Positions 61,901 to 62,313 of a stretch of DNA of 62,313 bases are shown here, one piece after another. The DNA is from Mizuhopecten yessoensis (lineage: Eukaryota). The notes under the pieces were generated by a model. The model made no database searches. It was not told the DNA's origin and worked only from the letters and a program-made list of their open reading frames with translations. The stretch is from the NCBI RefSeq assembly GCF_002113885.1, contig NW_018480078.1, positions 1,365,584 through 1,427,896 of the forward strand, written 5' to 3'. Both the position numbers and the translations under genes were made by a program. Each line of letters opens with the position of its first letter. Position 1 is the first letter of the stretch.

Positions 61901-62313
61901 GACACCTGGGCAGGTACCACAGGTTGTGCGGGAAACGCTCACTCTTCCAGATTTATGGTGCTGCATCCAGGTTTATTGCAGGAAGCAGTATGGGGTGTAC
62001 TTTCATAAAGATAACATAGACATACTTGTTTCTATCTAACTTCACAGCATTGTATATGCTATTATTAACGTGACTGTCACCAAATGCTGTATTGAATCTC
62101 ATGTGGTTCCTGTCCTTTTTATGGACGTATTTGCCCACTTTATCTGAGACCCGCTGTACCAGTCTTGTATGCTTGACAGTCGCATGGCGTGTCTACTATG
62201 TCAGAATAAATCACTTCTTAGCTAACATGGCGCTGGTTCCTGCATTAACTTAGCAGAAATAGCCAACTCCGCGGCATCCTGTGGCTCCGTGGTACCAGCA
62301 TACCTTCCCTGTG
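58971..62313 (+). repeat. Segmental duplication, copy B (continues beyond window)
   Basis: Begins GGTTTAAAGCAAGGA like 50504 and is colinear to the window end. Confidence 0.95.
61665..61735 (-). CDS. Last coding exon of Grindelwald-like copy 3 (rest of gene lies right of the window)
   Basis: Duplicate of 53222-53292; VQKETRKDETSHTSKYFKVANQL*, with one synonymous and one D>H difference. Confidence 0.55.

Overview
AT-rich eukaryotic genomic DNA. The repeat families point to a bivalve mollusc, but that is inference. The supplied ORF track is mostly noise because the real genes are spliced; I assembled them by hand from GT-AG junctions and reading phase. Left half: a head-to-head gene pair. Nicolin-1 (NICN1) is on the minus strand, with 5 coding exons in the window and its 3' end running off the left edge. 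A complete 10-exon F-actin capping protein alpha (CAPZA, 290 aa) is on the plus strand. Their start codons are about 325 bp apart. CAPZA intron 3 carries two satellite arrays, one with a 1-kb internal inversion. Right half: a tandem cluster of small type-I membrane proteins whose single cysteine-rich domain has Grindelwald-type (atypical TNF receptor) spacing. It contains one intact 179-aa gene (40040-42695), one frameshifted and apparently promoter-less paralog (53222-57369), and the last exon of a third copy (61665-61735). The third copy lies in a recent duplication with about 8.45 kb offset, whose junction is filled by a truncated CR1-like LINE. Also present: Helentron/HINE-like elements, tiny TTAA MITEs, tRNA-containing TG..CA solo-LTR-like elements, a Penelope RT fragment, several minisatellites and two stretches of decayed, unidentified coding-like sequence.
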